A DNA stretch of 64,000 nt from an uncultured Dehalococcoidia bacterium (lineage in GTDB: Bacteria; Chloroflexota; Dehalococcoidia; Lucifugimonadales; UBA3495). Numbering within the stretch: position 1 is the first letter of the stretch; each line of letters opens with the position of its first letter. This document shows positions 7,460-17,584 of the stretch, piece after piece. The stretch lies in assembly GCA_950072105.1 (NCBI GenBank), contig CATMOE010000008.1, forward strand, positions 12,237-76,236. The letters are read 5' to 3'. The position numbers and the translations under genes were made by a program. The notes beneath the pieces were generated by a model. The model was not told where the DNA came from. It saw nothing but the letters and a program-made list of their open reading frames with translations, and searched no databases.

Positions 7460-10422
7460 CTACCAGGACACCAGGCCTTGCCGGGCTGCGTAGGCTGCCG
7501 CTTCCGTGCGGTTGGCGGCGCCTGTTTTGGTGAGGATGCTGGTGACGTGGTGGGCCACGGTGCGGAGGCTTATGACCAGTTCTTCGGCGACCTCCCGGTT
7601 GTTCCTGCCCAGGGCCAGGAGCCGCAGGACCTCAACCTCCCGCTGGGTCAGTCCGGCGGGGTAGGTGGACGGGGCCGCCGGTTGAGTTTCGATCGCTTGC
7701 CGGCGGGACTGCGCTCGCTCCATCAAAGGCGGCATACCCAACTCTGTAGAGATAGCCACCGATTCGTCCAGGAGAACGGCTGCCCTCTCGCGGTCACCGG
7801 GTCCGCCTCGTTGACATAACGCGTCGGCGTAGTCGCAGCAGGTCCAGGCCAACTCGGGACGGTAGTCTGTTTTGCGGCAGCAGTCCAGAGCCTCCTCAAA
7901 GTGTCCGGCTGCCACGTCCAGATTGCCCATGGTTTGGGCCAGGAGTCCCAACCGGCGTTGCACGCTGGCCATGTCCAAGACTATCAGGAACGTGTCCCTC
8001 ACCTCGTATAGCGCAGCATATTGCTCCGCCGCGGCATCAACATCCCCTCGCTGCACGGCCATCATCCCTAAGCCTACCCTGGCGGCTAGGGTGAAACGGG
8101 GGATGTCGAAAGGGGACGAAAGAATAATACCAGCGGCGGCTTCAGCGGCCTCGAAGCGGTCCGTGACGCCGGTGATCCGGGCTACTGACGCAATCACCAA
8201 TGCCGCAACGGCAAATGGCTGGGGAGTCACGGAGGCGCTTTGATTCATTGCCTGGATCAGTGTTTCCAGGTAGGTTGATCCCTGCTCGAAGTTGCCAATC
8301 TCAAATTCCAACTGGGCCCGGCAACCAAGGAGTTGCGGGAACGTTTGACCAACTTCCAATCCGCGATCACTAAGCGCGCGGGCGGCAGTCCAATCGCCTC
8401 GGCGGTAGGCAGATATCACATTGGCATAGAAAGCTCTTGCCCGCTGCCTCCGAGGAACACGCTCAACTGAGACCAACATGGCCTCTGCATGCCGCCGGGC
8501 GCCATCAAAGTCACCCATGGCCCTAAGAGATTCAAAGGCGGAAAGCCTCGCCCAGTTATCGGCTTCAGGATTTTCTCCTTGGGTTAACAGAGAAATGGCT
8601 TGCAGGCTTTTCTCTAGGCTCTCCTCCCAGTGAATTACGTCCGACTCCACATGGGAAGCCATACTCAAAGTTTGCGCTTCCAAAGCCGTGTTACCCTCAA
8701 GCCGGGCGATGGCAATGGCCCGGTCGAAGGATTCAACAGCGCCGGTGTAGTCGGCCGTTTCGTGATAGATATCAAAGGCGTAATGGCACAGAAGCTGTCC
8801 TGCCGATATGGAGTCCTTAGGCACAAGACTTAAGGCACGGGCGCGGACCTGGTGTTGCAATCCTCCGCTTAGTGCCAAGCCGGAAAAGTGTTGGAGCAGG
8901 CGATGGCCACCGCCTGCTCCACATTCCCCGCATCAACATAAAAATCAAAGGCGCTCTTCATGTTGGAATACGCCTCGATTCTGGTCTGGTTGTCTAGCAT
9001 CGCTGCCTGGGAGCGGCCTAACCCGAACAGGAGCGCCGCTGAGTCGTCATCCACCGGCTGTCCTTCCTTGGCAGCCAGCGCACGATCGAATACAAATAGA
9101 GCTTCCTCCCAAGCGTACGCGGCCAAAGCCTGCTCCCCGGCGGCAAGGGAATAACGCACCAACTTTTCGGTGCCCAGCACCGGCTCGGCCTCAGCGAAAT
9201 GGTGGGCCAGCTCGGCGGCATGGGTTTCAACTTCGGCGCCATACAGCTCTTCCAATGCCACGCCGATCCTGGCGTGCAGACGCACTTGCCGGGCGGCAGA
9301 TATCTCGCTGACCAACGTCTCTTGTATCAAAGCATGTTGAAATTGAAACCGCTCTGCTCCCATGCGGACCTCTTCTAGAACTCCTGCTTTAAGAGCTTCA
9401 TCCAGCAATTCCAACAATTGATCTTCGCTAAAATCACTGCTCAATTCCTCAAGCAGATCAAGATTGAACTGTCTACCAACCACTGCGGCAGTCGTAAGTA
9501 CACGGTTGCACTCGCTGGACAACCGGTTCAGCCGCCTGCCTATCGCGTCCCGGATGCCTTCTGGAACCATTGCGGCCCAGCCTGGGTCCGTGGCCACTTC
9601 TCCCTGGCTGAGCAACCGTACTATTTCGTTAACGAACAGCGGGTTTCCTTCGGTGCGCCGGTGCACCAAGTCCAAAGCGTTATCGGGTAGAGCAACTCCG
9701 GCGCTGAGCTCGGCAAATTCGCTCACTTCCTGCTGCGTTAAGCCACCAAGCTGGATCCGTCGGAACAGTTGCTCGCGCATGAGGCTGCCCAACGTCTGCG
9801 ATAATGGGTGCTGCCGCGACACCTCTACGTCACGGTAGGTACCCACCAGCAGCAGGTTGCTAGCCGCCATGCCACGAGCCAGGAATTCCAGCAAAAGCAG
9901 AGAGGCGTGGTCGCCCCAATGCAAGTCGTCCAGGACGATTACCAGCGGTTGAGACTGGGAGGCATTTTTCAAGAAGGTGGTGACGGAGTCGAAGAGACGG
10001 AACCGGGCCGGCTCGGGCTCCAACGCAGGCGGGTCTGTAAGATCGGGCAGCTTTTCCCGTAAGCCGGGAATCAATTCAGCGATGTGGGACGCGCCGGGTC
10101 CCATCGCCGAACTTAGCTGGTCAGGGTCTTGTTCGCTGATGAAAGAGCCGATGGACTGGATCCACCGCCAGTAGGGGGGCGCCCCCTCTTCTTCGTAGCA
10201 CCGGCCCCAAAGGACTCGGGCTCCTTGGGTTTCGGCGTAGGTAGTCAACTCTTGGGCTGTTCGAGTTTTGCCGATGCCCGGCTCACCCACCAGCATCACC
10301 ATTTGCCCGCGCCCGGCCAGGGATTCTTCCAAGGCCGCCCTTAGCTCACCCATCTCTCTCTGCCGGCCAACGAAGACGCCGGAGGAGGCACGGGAACTTG
10401 ATTGAGACGAAGGCTGTGACAT
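7460..10422 (-). pseudogene. large ATP-binding LuxR-family (LAL/MalT-like) regulator: AAA ATPase + TPR + LuxR HTH, split by one frameshift
   Basis: ORF 8869..10422 has the Walker A motif GEPGIGKT and DDLHWGD. ORF 7460..8878 has TPR-like repeats and a C-terminal LTQREVEVLRLLALGRNNREVAEELVISLRTVAHHV HTH. The paralog at 52674..55619 runs continuously across the equivalent junction. The frames rejoin near 8898-8900 (...AVAIA/LLQHFSGLALSGG...). Confidence 0.8.
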
Positions 10423-10527
10423 GGGGCCAGTATAGTTGGAATGGATAGAGGGTTCCAGTGCCGGTGTGTATTGGTCATCCTACCTAAGGCCGTGTCTGCT
10501 TAGATTCGATTTGGAATATAATTTGTC

Positions 10528-11025
10528 TTGAAAACTGGGAGTGCCCTAAGAACGAATAGAGTGGATTGGGAAGAATTCAAACGCGCTGATCCAGAATTAA
10601 CGGCCTTGGGCGAAGAGCGCATGGAGGCAACCGGGTTGGTGCTATTGGGTACCCTGAGAAAAAACGGTTTCCCGCGCATCTCGCCGGTGGAACCGCTCTT
10701 GACTATGGGGCGTCTCTACCTGGGGATGATGTGGCAGTCGCGCAAGGCGCTGGACCTTCTGCGCGATCCACGGTGCACCGTGCACAGCACGGTTTCGGAC
10801 CGGCACGGCAGTGAGGGAGGGTTTAAGCTGTATGGACGTGGTCTGGAGATCCGGGATCTGGAAGAGCGGCGTCTCTACAGTGAGGCGCTTCATGAGAAGA
10901 TCGGATTCAAGCCGGAAGAGCCGGAGTTCCACCTGTTCGCGGTTGACATCGAGAGCGCGGCTTACGCTGTGATCAGAGATGGGGAGTGGTTCCGTCGGAT
11001 TTGGAATGCCGCCGGTCGCGGCTGA
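10528..11025 (+). CDS. pyridoxamine 5'-phosphate oxidase-like (split-barrel FMN/F420-binding) family protein
   Basis: LLGTLRKNGFPRISPVEPLL... is split-barrel-like. The TTG start is uncertain. Confidence 0.6.
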   Translation: MKTGSALRTNRVDWEEFKRADPELTALGEERMEATGLVLLGTLRKNGFPRISPVEPLLTMGRLYLGMMWQSRKALDLLRDPRCTVHSTVSDRHGSEGGFKLYGRGLEIRDLEERRLYSEALHEKIGFKPEEPEFHLFAVDIESAAYAVIRDGEWFRRIWNAAGRG

Positions 11026-11085
11026 GAATGTGGGCAGATCGGCGAGTGCTGTTAGGTTGAAGGAGCAGCCGGACTGGTAAATGGA

Positions 11086-11119
11086 CCGTGCCGGGGGAAG
11101 GGGAATCACCCCGGCACGG
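11086..11119. terminator. hairpin between convergent genes
   Basis: CCGTGCCGGGG (11086-11096) pairs with CCCCGGCACGG (11109-11119) around a 12-nt loop. It lies between the PPOX-like gene (+) and the YtxH gene (-). Confidence 0.5.
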
Positions 11120-11157
11120 GAGAATGTAGTCTTCGTTCGGACCTAGGCAAAGATTTC

Positions 11158-11421
11158 TTATACCGTTCCATTCACATGGCCGTTGGTAGCCTCGGCCAAC
11201 ACGGGTTGATTTTCCTTGCTCTGTCTCCGGGAGCGCATGGCGTCTACGTAACCGGCGGCCTTGTCGCGAATCCCGTCGGCCTTGTTGCGAAGCTCGTCGG
11301 CTCGGGCCGCCACGATCTGCCGAGACTGTTTACCGGGTTTGGGCGCGAATAATAGGCCGGCAACCGCGCCCAAAGCGGCGCCAGCGATAAGACCTGTGAC
11401 CAACTTGTTTGTGTTAACCAT
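11158..11421 (-). CDS. YtxH domain-containing protein
   Basis: LIAGAALGAVAGLLFAPKPGKQSRQ... is the YtxH signature. AGGAGG precedes the ATG. Confidence 0.75.
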   Translation of the reverse strand: MVNTNKLVTGLIAGAALGAVAGLLFAPKPGKQSRQIVAARADELRNKADGIRDKAAGYVDAMRSRRQSKENQPVLAEATNGHVNGTV

Positions 11422-11822
11422 TGTCGTTCCTCCTGTATCTTGTTCCGTTCGGCTGCTCTAACTTGTAAACCTATTAAACGATACCCAGCGTTACCGGGGA
11501 ATTACTGTTGAATTACCGGCTTATTACCGGGGAGTGATTCCGGGCGCGGACGTACGAGCCCAGTAATACCATGCGAGATAGATAACCAAAGGAAACCAGG
11601 TTACTTAAATCCTGGTTAGACGCGGGTATTGTGGGAGTGGAGTCTGGGATTTGAGGAATGCCTTAATATGCGGGATTTTAAGACGCACCTCCGGACCGAC
11701 CTGATCTGCCGAGAGGGTGGCCTGGATGGCGTGGGACTAGGATGGATTGTCTGAGGCGAAAATGCACCGATGGCTACATCAGGCTGGGTGGCAAGGTCTA
11801 GGACACGGAAAAGACGCTCGCT

Positions 11823-12590
11823 CTACTTGTCCCGGTATCCCCTGGGGGTTGCCATGTGCCCCTGCAGCAGGTAGGTGGTGGAGTTTCCGATGACCACGGT
11901 GGTGACCATGTTGATGTCCTCGGCGATCCCTTCCAGCCCTTCCAGGTCGGTGATAGTCACCTGTTGCCCCGGCCGAAAAGCGTCCTTGACGACGCCGACT
12001 GGGGTTTTACCAGAGCGATGCTCAAGAAGTATGCGCCGGGCCTCCATCAGTTGCCATTGGCGGGTCCGGCTTCGGGGGTTGTATAGGGCGACGACGAAAT
12101 CTCCCTGGGCTGCCGCCTTCAGCCGTTGTTCGATGGCCGTCCATGGGGTCAGCAGGTCGCTGAGACTGATGGCGCAGAAGTCCTGCATCAAGGGCGCGCC
12201 CAGCAAGGCGGCGGCGGCCTGCATGGCGGAGATGCCGGGCACCGTTTCCACTTGAGGGTTGATCCCGTCCCAATCCAAACCATTTAGCACTTGGAACACC
12301 GGGCCGGACATGCCGTAGATGCCGGCGTCTCCCGAAGACACCACCGACACCACCCGACCCGCGTAAGCCAACTCCACGGCCTTGGACGCCCGCTCAATCT
12401 CCTGGCCCAATTCCATGGAGACGAGTTCCTTGCCAGCTAGCAAGTCTCCGGCCTGTTCGATATACGCACGGAACCCGACAACGACGTCCGATTCCTCCAG
12501 GGCCGACATGGCCGCACCCGTCAAGTACTCAGCCTCGCCGGGTCCTAGGCCAACAAGAAACAGCTTGCCTTGTTTGTTGTCGTTAGCCAC
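11823..12590 (-). CDS. cbiH: cobalt-factor III / precorrin-3B C17-methyltransferase
   Basis: GKLFLVGLGPGEAEYLT... TP-methylase fold; it is the last gene of the cob operon. The GTG start at 12590 lies inside an inverted-repeat arm. Confidence 0.8.
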   Translation of the reverse strand: MANDNKQGKLFLVGLGPGEAEYLTGAAMSALEESDVVVGFRAYIEQAGDLLAGKELVSMELGQEIERASKAVELAYAGRVVSVVSSGDAGIYGMSGPVFQVLNGLDWDGINPQVETVPGISAMQAAAALLGAPLMQDFCAISLSDLLTPWTAIEQRLKAAAQGDFVVALYNPRSRTRQWQLMEARRILLEHRSGKTPVGVVKDAFRPGQQVTITDLEGLEGIAEDINMVTTVVIGNSTTYLLQGHMATPRGYRDK

Positions 12591-12610
12591 AGAGACACAG
12601 AGGCACGGAG
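12583..12610. repeat. left arm of an about 28-bp imperfect inverted repeat flanking the GxxExxY gene
   Basis: TTAGCCACAGAGACACAGAGGCACGGAG. The reverse complement of the right arm is TTAGCCACAGAAACACAGAGATCACAGAG. Confidence 0.6.
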
Positions 12611-12613
12611 GGT

Positions 12614-13009
12614 TTAGAAGATGAGCCGTTTGATGCCATTTGTTAGCAACCTTGAGTTAAAGTTCATTAAGAGACCAATTTTCTTGCCGGTGATCTTTAG
12701 GTAGGTTAACACTTGGGCCTCGAAGAGGGGATCGTGACGTTCGACACTTTTAATTTCCACCACCACCGTATCTTCCACGACGAGTTCGATCCGGTAATCA
12801 CCAATCTGTTCCCCTTTGTAGGTGAGTGGTATCGGCACCTGTCGTTGATACTGAAGCCCTTGGAGACCCAACTCGACACATAGGGCTGCCTCGTAGGCGC
12901 TCTCGAGAAGTCCCGGCCCCAAATGCCGGTGCACTTCTATCCCACAACCTATGATCCTTTCCGTAATTTTATTTAACTCTGTGATCTCTGTGTTTCTGTG
13001 GCTAATCAA
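12614..13009 (-). CDS. GxxExxY protein (PD-(D/E)XK nuclease superfamily, PDDEXK_3-like)
   Basis: GPGLLESAYEAAL (GxxExxY motif) and ...DYRIELVVEDTVVVEIKSV (D..ExK). The TTG start overlaps the cbiG stop (TTGA). Confidence 0.8.
   Translation of the reverse strand: MISHRNTEITELNKITERIIGCGIEVHRHLGPGLLESAYEAALCVELGLQGLQYQRQVPIPLTYKGEQIGDYRIELVVEDTVVVEIKSVERHDPLFEAQVLTYLKITGKKIGLLMNFNSRLLTNGIKRLIF
12977..13005. repeat. right arm of the inverted repeat flanking the GxxExxY gene
   Basis: CTCTGTGATCTCTGTGTTTCTGTGGCTAA. It lies within the first codons of the GxxExxY ORF and immediately after the cbiG stop. Confidence 0.6.
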
Positions 13010-14139
13010 GACTTATCAGCGCCGTAGAACATTCGGGCAACGGCGACGGTTGCGCGGTCGGTTTTGGTTTTGGTGACTAATAGTTCGGTTGCGGATGAAG
13101 CCAATAGGGCGGCGGGTTCGCATACGCCCCAGATTCCCAACAATCTGTGAGGTTCTGGGGAGGGTGTTGGACCCAGTTCAGAGCCTTCAGGAGGGAACAT
13201 GGAGTTCAGATCTGATTCGCCGTAGCAGTGGACCGGCACTTGGAGCTTGGCCGCCATCTGTCCGATGCCTACTTCGTCGCGCTTTAACTCGGCGGTGGCG
13301 ATGCAGTTGATGCTGGCCTTAGCCAGGTTGTTATCGCGGAATGTAGTGTCGATCAGGTGCTCTAGATGTTCCATGGGGACGCCACGGCGGCACCCCAGGC
13401 CAACCGCCAAGCTACGAGGCCGATATACCACGACGAATTTGCCGGGCAAGGCATCGGAATAGGTCTTTTCGCTGGAATGATCCTGGGCCGCCAGGTCGGT
13501 GATTACCAGCGCGGCGGCGCATGGGGATTCAGCCAAAGACTGTAAAGATCGGTACACCTCGACGTTGTCTGGCAACGGCTGGCCGGAAGGCCACCAGCCG
13601 GTCTCCCCGGCCTCCTGATATATACCCACCGGCTCTCCGTTTATGGAGATGGCGCTGGCTCTTGTGACAGTCAGCGGGTCCGCTTCTATCTGCCAGCCGA
13701 ATTCCTGACCAAGTAAGTCCACGGCCAGGCGTCCGGTCACGTGGGATGCCGAGGTTACGACGGGAGAAGCGTCCAGGATGGAGGCTACTTCTTGAGCCAG
13801 CTTGTCAGCCCCGCCCAGGTGTCCCGAAAGCAGGCTCACGGCGAACCGCCCGGCGTCGTCGACGCAAACAACGGCAGGGTCACGGTGCTTGTGATCTAGG
13901 CATGGCGCCAGCAGCCTGACCGCTGCCCCCACGGGCATGAAAAGCACTAATCGCCGGCACTCTTGGAAAACACTTTGAACCAGAGGGCGGGCCGGCAGGT
14001 CGAAAGCTACTGCGTTATCTTCCTCAACCAAAAAGCGCCGGTCCAGATAAAGGGTCGAGCCGCCGCCCAATTCGGTGGCAACCCTACGGGCCAGCTCTGC
14101 GCCGTTGCGGGAAATAGCGACGATGGCGGTATCGGTCAT
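13006..14139 (-). CDS. cbiG: cobalt-precorrin-5A hydrolase
   Basis: MTDTAIVAISRNGAELARR... plus the C-terminal CbiG domain. I chose the ATG at 14139, 10 nt after the cbiF stop. The longer ORF to 14310 overlaps cbiF and looks non-coding. Confidence 0.8.
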   Translation of the reverse strand: MTDTAIVAISRNGAELARRVATELGGGSTLYLDRRFLVEEDNAVAFDLPARPLVQSVFQECRRLVLFMPVGAAVRLLAPCLDHKHRDPAVVCVDDAGRFAVSLLSGHLGGADKLAQEVASILDASPVVTSASHVTGRLAVDLLGQEFGWQIEADPLTVTRASAISINGEPVGIYQEAGETGWWPSGQPLPDNVEVYRSLQSLAESPCAAALVITDLAAQDHSSEKTYSDALPGKFVVVYRPRSLAVGLGCRRGVPMEHLEHLIDTTFRDNNLAKASINCIATAELKRDEVGIGQMAAKLQVPVHCYGESDLNSMFPPEGSELGPTPSPEPHRLLGIWGVCEPAALLASSATELLVTKTKTDRATVAVARMFYGADKS

Positions 14140-14149
14140 GGCCTGGTGT

Positions 14150-14998
14150 TCACTGCCCGCCGCCGCTGGAGCCCTCCTCCACATCGGAAGACTCCGCCTC
14201 GGCCCGGCGGTAGAGGTGGGTGTAGTCGCTGGCATAGAGGTGGGACGACGAGACGCCGTTGGCCGCAGTGGGGACGTGATGAAGCAGGGCCGGGTCCATC
14301 GCTTCGCCAACCATGATTAGAGCCTGCAAGGTGATCTTGGCATCCCTGACCTTGGCGGCAATGTCGCTAAGGGTGCCCCGAATAATCTTTTCGTCCGGCC
14401 AACCCACCCGGTAGACAACAGCCACCGGAGTGGATTCAGTGTAACCCGCTTCTAATAACTGGCGCACCACGGTGAACATCCGCGTGATACTTAAAAATAT
14501 GACTAGCGTGGAACCATGAGCCGCCAGGTCTTTCAGTTGTTCTCCGGGTGGCATGGAGACACGGCCTTGTGCCCGGGTCATGATCACCGTCTGGGACCCG
14601 CCGGGTATGGTCAATTCGACTTTCAGCCGGGCGGCCGCCGCGAAGGCCGCGCTTACCCCCGGTATGATTTCGTAATCTACCTGGGCCTCTTCCAAGATTC
14701 GCATCTGTTCCAGGACGGCCCCGTAGATTGAAGGGTCGCCGCTCTGGATGCGAGCCACGGTCTTCCCCTGGCGAACCGATTCCAATGTCAACTCCATGAT
14801 TTCGCTCAGGTTCAGAGTCTTGCTGCCATGGACCTCGGCGCCGGGCTTGGCGAAATCCACGATGGAAGGATGGACCAGGGAGTCGGCGTATATGATTACA
14901 TCGGCGGACTCGATCACCGATTTGGCTTTTAACGTCAACAACTCCGGGTCGCCGGGGCCGCCGCCAACTATATATACCTTGCCTTGGCTTTGAGCCAT
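14150..14998 (-). CDS. cbiF: cobalt-precorrin-4 C11-methyltransferase
   Basis: KVYIVGGGPGDPELLTLKA...IQSGDPSIYGA...IIPGVSA. Confidence 0.85.
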   Translation of the reverse strand: MAQSQGKVYIVGGGPGDPELLTLKAKSVIESADVIIYADSLVHPSIVDFAKPGAEVHGSKTLNLSEIMELTLESVRQGKTVARIQSGDPSIYGAVLEQMRILEEAQVDYEIIPGVSAAFAAAARLKVELTIPGGSQTVIMTRAQGRVSMPPGEQLKDLAAHGSTLVIFLSITRMFTVVRQLLEAGYTESTPVAVVYRVGWPDEKIIRGTLSDIAAKVRDAKITLQALIMVGEAMDPALLHHVPTAANGVSSSHLYASDYTHLYRRAEAESSDVEEGSSGGGQ

Positions 14999-15002
14999 TC
15001 TT

Positions 15003-15728
15003 TTACCTCTTGATTATCAGAAGGGAGAAATAGTCCAGGTCTTCCTCGGAGAGCGTGCTAAGGTCCCTGACCACCTCTTCCCGGGCGGTGCTGGCACGGC
15101 GTACGTATATGCCCTTTCCGGCCAAGCCCAGTTGCTCCAGATTAGCCAGCGCTTGTAGCAGGGTGCGGTTAACCTTCATGAGGATGATGGTGTCGTAGTT
15201 GGCGATGGCTTCGGATAGGTCGTCGATCCCGTAGACGGCGGGCAGGATCACCAATCTCTGGCCGTGGGTGACCAGGGGAACTCCGGCGCTGGCTGCCGCC
15301 GCCATGACGGAGGACACGCCGGGAATGATCTCCACGGTAACCTCAGGGTATCCCGACTTGATGCTGTCCAACACGTAAGAAAAGGTGCTGTACAGCATGG
15401 GATCGCCTTCGGTGATAAACGCCACGTCCTTTCCTTGTTTGAGGTGGCCACCGATGGTGTCGGCGGCGTTCCGCCAGACCGCCGCGGCTCCCGCTTCGTC
15501 GTCGATGGGGAACGGAATCCGGATGATTTCCTGTTTTTTCTCGTCCAGGTAATCCCGCACGATGTCCAAGGCATAGCTTTCCTGGCTGGACTCCGAGCGA
15601 GGTGTACATATCACCGGCACCTCTTGGAGAACCCGTAGGGCTTTCAACGTGAGCAACTCCGGGTCGCCGGGACCCACGCCCACTCCGTAGAAGCGCCCGA
15701 AGTTGGTGCTATTTCCCGTCGTGCTCAT
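15003..15728 (-). CDS. cbiL: cobalt-factor II / precorrin-2 C20-methyltransferase
   Basis: FYGVGVGPGDPELLTLKALRVLQEVPVICTP... TP-methylase fold, in operon context. Confidence 0.8.
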   Translation of the reverse strand: MSTTGNSTNFGRFYGVGVGPGDPELLTLKALRVLQEVPVICTPRSESSQESYALDIVRDYLDEKKQEIIRIPFPIDDEAGAAAVWRNAADTIGGHLKQGKDVAFITEGDPMLYSTFSYVLDSIKSGYPEVTVEIIPGVSSVMAAAASAGVPLVTHGQRLVILPAVYGIDDLSEAIANYDTIILMKVNRTLLQALANLEQLGLAGKGIYVRRASTAREEVVRDLSTLSEEDLDYFSLLIIKR

Positions 15729-15732
15729 CGAG

Positions 15733-16347
15733 CTATCCTTCTCGCCGGGCGGTCACCACGAAGACCGGGTTAAGGGCCTCCAAACGGACCGTCCCGTCGG
15801 GCATATCTTTTCCTCTGGACGAGTTCACCATAACCATGTCGGCAACAAAACCCGACGACTTGAAGCGTTGGTATACTTCATTTGTGCGTTCCAAGGCAGC
15901 CAGGTTAACCACGATGCGGCCGCCTGCTCGCAGCCGCTTTATCGCCACGTCTAATATCTCCGCCAGGCTTCCGCCGCTGCCTCCCACGAACACCGCGTCT
16001 GGGTCAGGCAATTCCACCAGTGCGTCCGGCGCTTCTCCGGCGATGATATGAACGTTCTTTGAGCCCCACTGCTCCACGTTACGCCGGAGCAGCGGCAAGC
16101 TCTCTTCGTCACGCTCCACGGCGTAGACAGTGCCTTCCCGGGCGATTATAGACGCTTCGACAGAGATAGACCCGGTGCCGGCTCCGATGTCCCAAACCAC
16201 GCTGCCGGGCCGGAGACCCAGGGAATAGAGGCTGACCGCGCGCACTTCCCGCTTGGTGATCTGCCCCTGCAGCGGGCGCCGTTGCTCGAAAGCATCGTCG
16301 GGAAGGCCCAATGCCCGTTGCGAAGCCGCCTGCAATTTCTCAACCAT
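15733..16347 (-). CDS. cbiT: cobalt-precorrin-6B C15-methyltransferase (decarboxylating)
   Basis: ITKREVRAVSLYSLGLRPGSVVWDIGAGTGSISVEAS is a class I methyltransferase motif typical of CbiT. Confidence 0.8.
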   Translation of the reverse strand: MVEKLQAASQRALGLPDDAFEQRRPLQGQITKREVRAVSLYSLGLRPGSVVWDIGAGTGSISVEASIIAREGTVYAVERDEESLPLLRRNVEQWGSKNVHIIAGEAPDALVELPDPDAVFVGGSGGSLAEILDVAIKRLRAGGRIVVNLAALERTNEVYQRFKSSGFVADMVMVNSSRGKDMPDGTVRLEALNPVFVVTARREG

Positions 16348-17551
16348 TGGTCTGGCTTCCGGCGGTGGCGATCAGCGGAAGGCCCTGGGGCGACGTGGAA
16401 GCCTGGCCCAAGAGTGCGCCGTCGAAATCGAAGCACAGGCTATCGACGATGAGTTTATTGGCGTCGTCGCCAAGTAGCTTATGGCTTTCTTCGCAGACCA
16501 TCTCGCACATCAAGGTAAATACCGAGTTCAGACCGTTGGCCAGCGCAAGTTCCTGAAAGTGGCGGGCGCTGGCGGCTTGGCGTATCTCTTCTTGAACCTC
16601 ATCGGTCGCACCGCATTGGGAGGCCAGGGCAGCCAGGAAGGTGGTGTCCACCCGGTTCCCGGCCACGTGGGTCACGAAGTATCCTTGAGCCATTTTTGAG
16701 AGTTTGCCGACCATTCCAGCGTGGGTTGCCCGTTGGACGTTACGCATGACGCAACGTTTCAACGACGGTCCGCTGAAGATGCCGGCCTCGATGTAAGCCA
16801 TGTCCGGCAGGTCCAATACTTTTTTGGTGAAGATCTCGCTCTGCGTGCCGGTGGAAAGCACCAAGTGGGACAAGTCGTTGGTCGCCGCTACGTCTATGGC
16901 CATGTTCGCGCTGGCCCGCCATGCCGCGGTGGAAAAGGGCTGGACCACGCCGGTGCTGCCCAGGATGGATATCCCTCCCAGGATTCCCAGGCGTGAGTTG
17001 GTGGTCTTTTCCGCGATCTCTTCGCCGTTGGGAACGGAGATCTCCACGACTAAGCCGGTTTCGGACGGAAGGCCGTGGGTCGTGGCCGCTTCGTTCACAG
17101 AGTCGATTATCATGCGCCGGGGCACCCGGGTGACGGCCGGTTCGCCTACCTCGATCCCGACACCTGGGCGGGTCACTGTTCCCACGCCGATACCCCCGGC
17201 GATCCGTACTTTATCAGCGAAGTTTGGGTCCCTGTAGACCGTGACGCATATCTCCGCACCGTGGGTGACGTCCGGATCGTCGCCGCCGTCCTTGATGACC
17301 GAGCAGGTCACTTTGCTTCCATCATCCGAGGTCTGGCATCGGTGAATCTCGAAGGTGACCGATCTGCCTACCGGCAACTGAATCGTTGATTGGCCAACCG
17401 ATTCCCCGGTGAGCAGGGATTGAGTGGCGGCCTTGGCCGCAGCTGCCGCGCATGACCCGGTGGTATACCCGGTGCGCAGTCCCCCTCGCTTAACCGTTTG
17501 CCTGCTGTAGTCGCTTTCCGGCCTTTGGTCCGGATTCGGCTTGTCAACCAT
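16340..17551 (-). CDS. cbiD: cobalt-precorrin-5B C1-methyltransferase
   Basis: GLRTGYTTGSCAAAAAKAA is the CbiD N-terminal signature. Length 403 aa. Confidence 0.85.
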   Translation of the reverse strand: MVDKPNPDQRPESDYSRQTVKRGGLRTGYTTGSCAAAAAKAATQSLLTGESVGQSTIQLPVGRSVTFEIHRCQTSDDGSKVTCSVIKDGGDDPDVTHGAEICVTVYRDPNFADKVRIAGGIGVGTVTRPGVGIEVGEPAVTRVPRRMIIDSVNEAATTHGLPSETGLVVEISVPNGEEIAEKTTNSRLGILGGISILGSTGVVQPFSTAAWRASANMAIDVAATNDLSHLVLSTGTQSEIFTKKVLDLPDMAYIEAGIFSGPSLKRCVMRNVQRATHAGMVGKLSKMAQGYFVTHVAGNRVDTTFLAALASQCGATDEVQEEIRQAASARHFQELALANGLNSVFTLMCEMVCEESHKLLGDDANKLIVDSLCFDFDGALLGQASTSPQGLPLIATAGSQTNG

Positions 17552-17584
17552 CGTGTTTTATCCGGTCACATGCTGGCGAGAGCA

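Noticed and set aside
8808-9311. 167-aa plus-strand ORF, and similar ORFs, antisense to the LAL regulator genes (also 54194..54871)
   Set aside because: They are Pro/Arg/Ser-rich shadow ORFs, and the minus-strand frames carry the regulator motifs.
11690-11745. SRP-RNA-like string on the minus strand (…CAGGTCGGTCCGGAGGTGC…)
   Set aside because: It only loosely resembles the 4.5S domain IV sequence CAGGUCAGGUCCGGAAGGAAGCAGCC. The 3' half (AGCAGCC) and the closing helix are missing.
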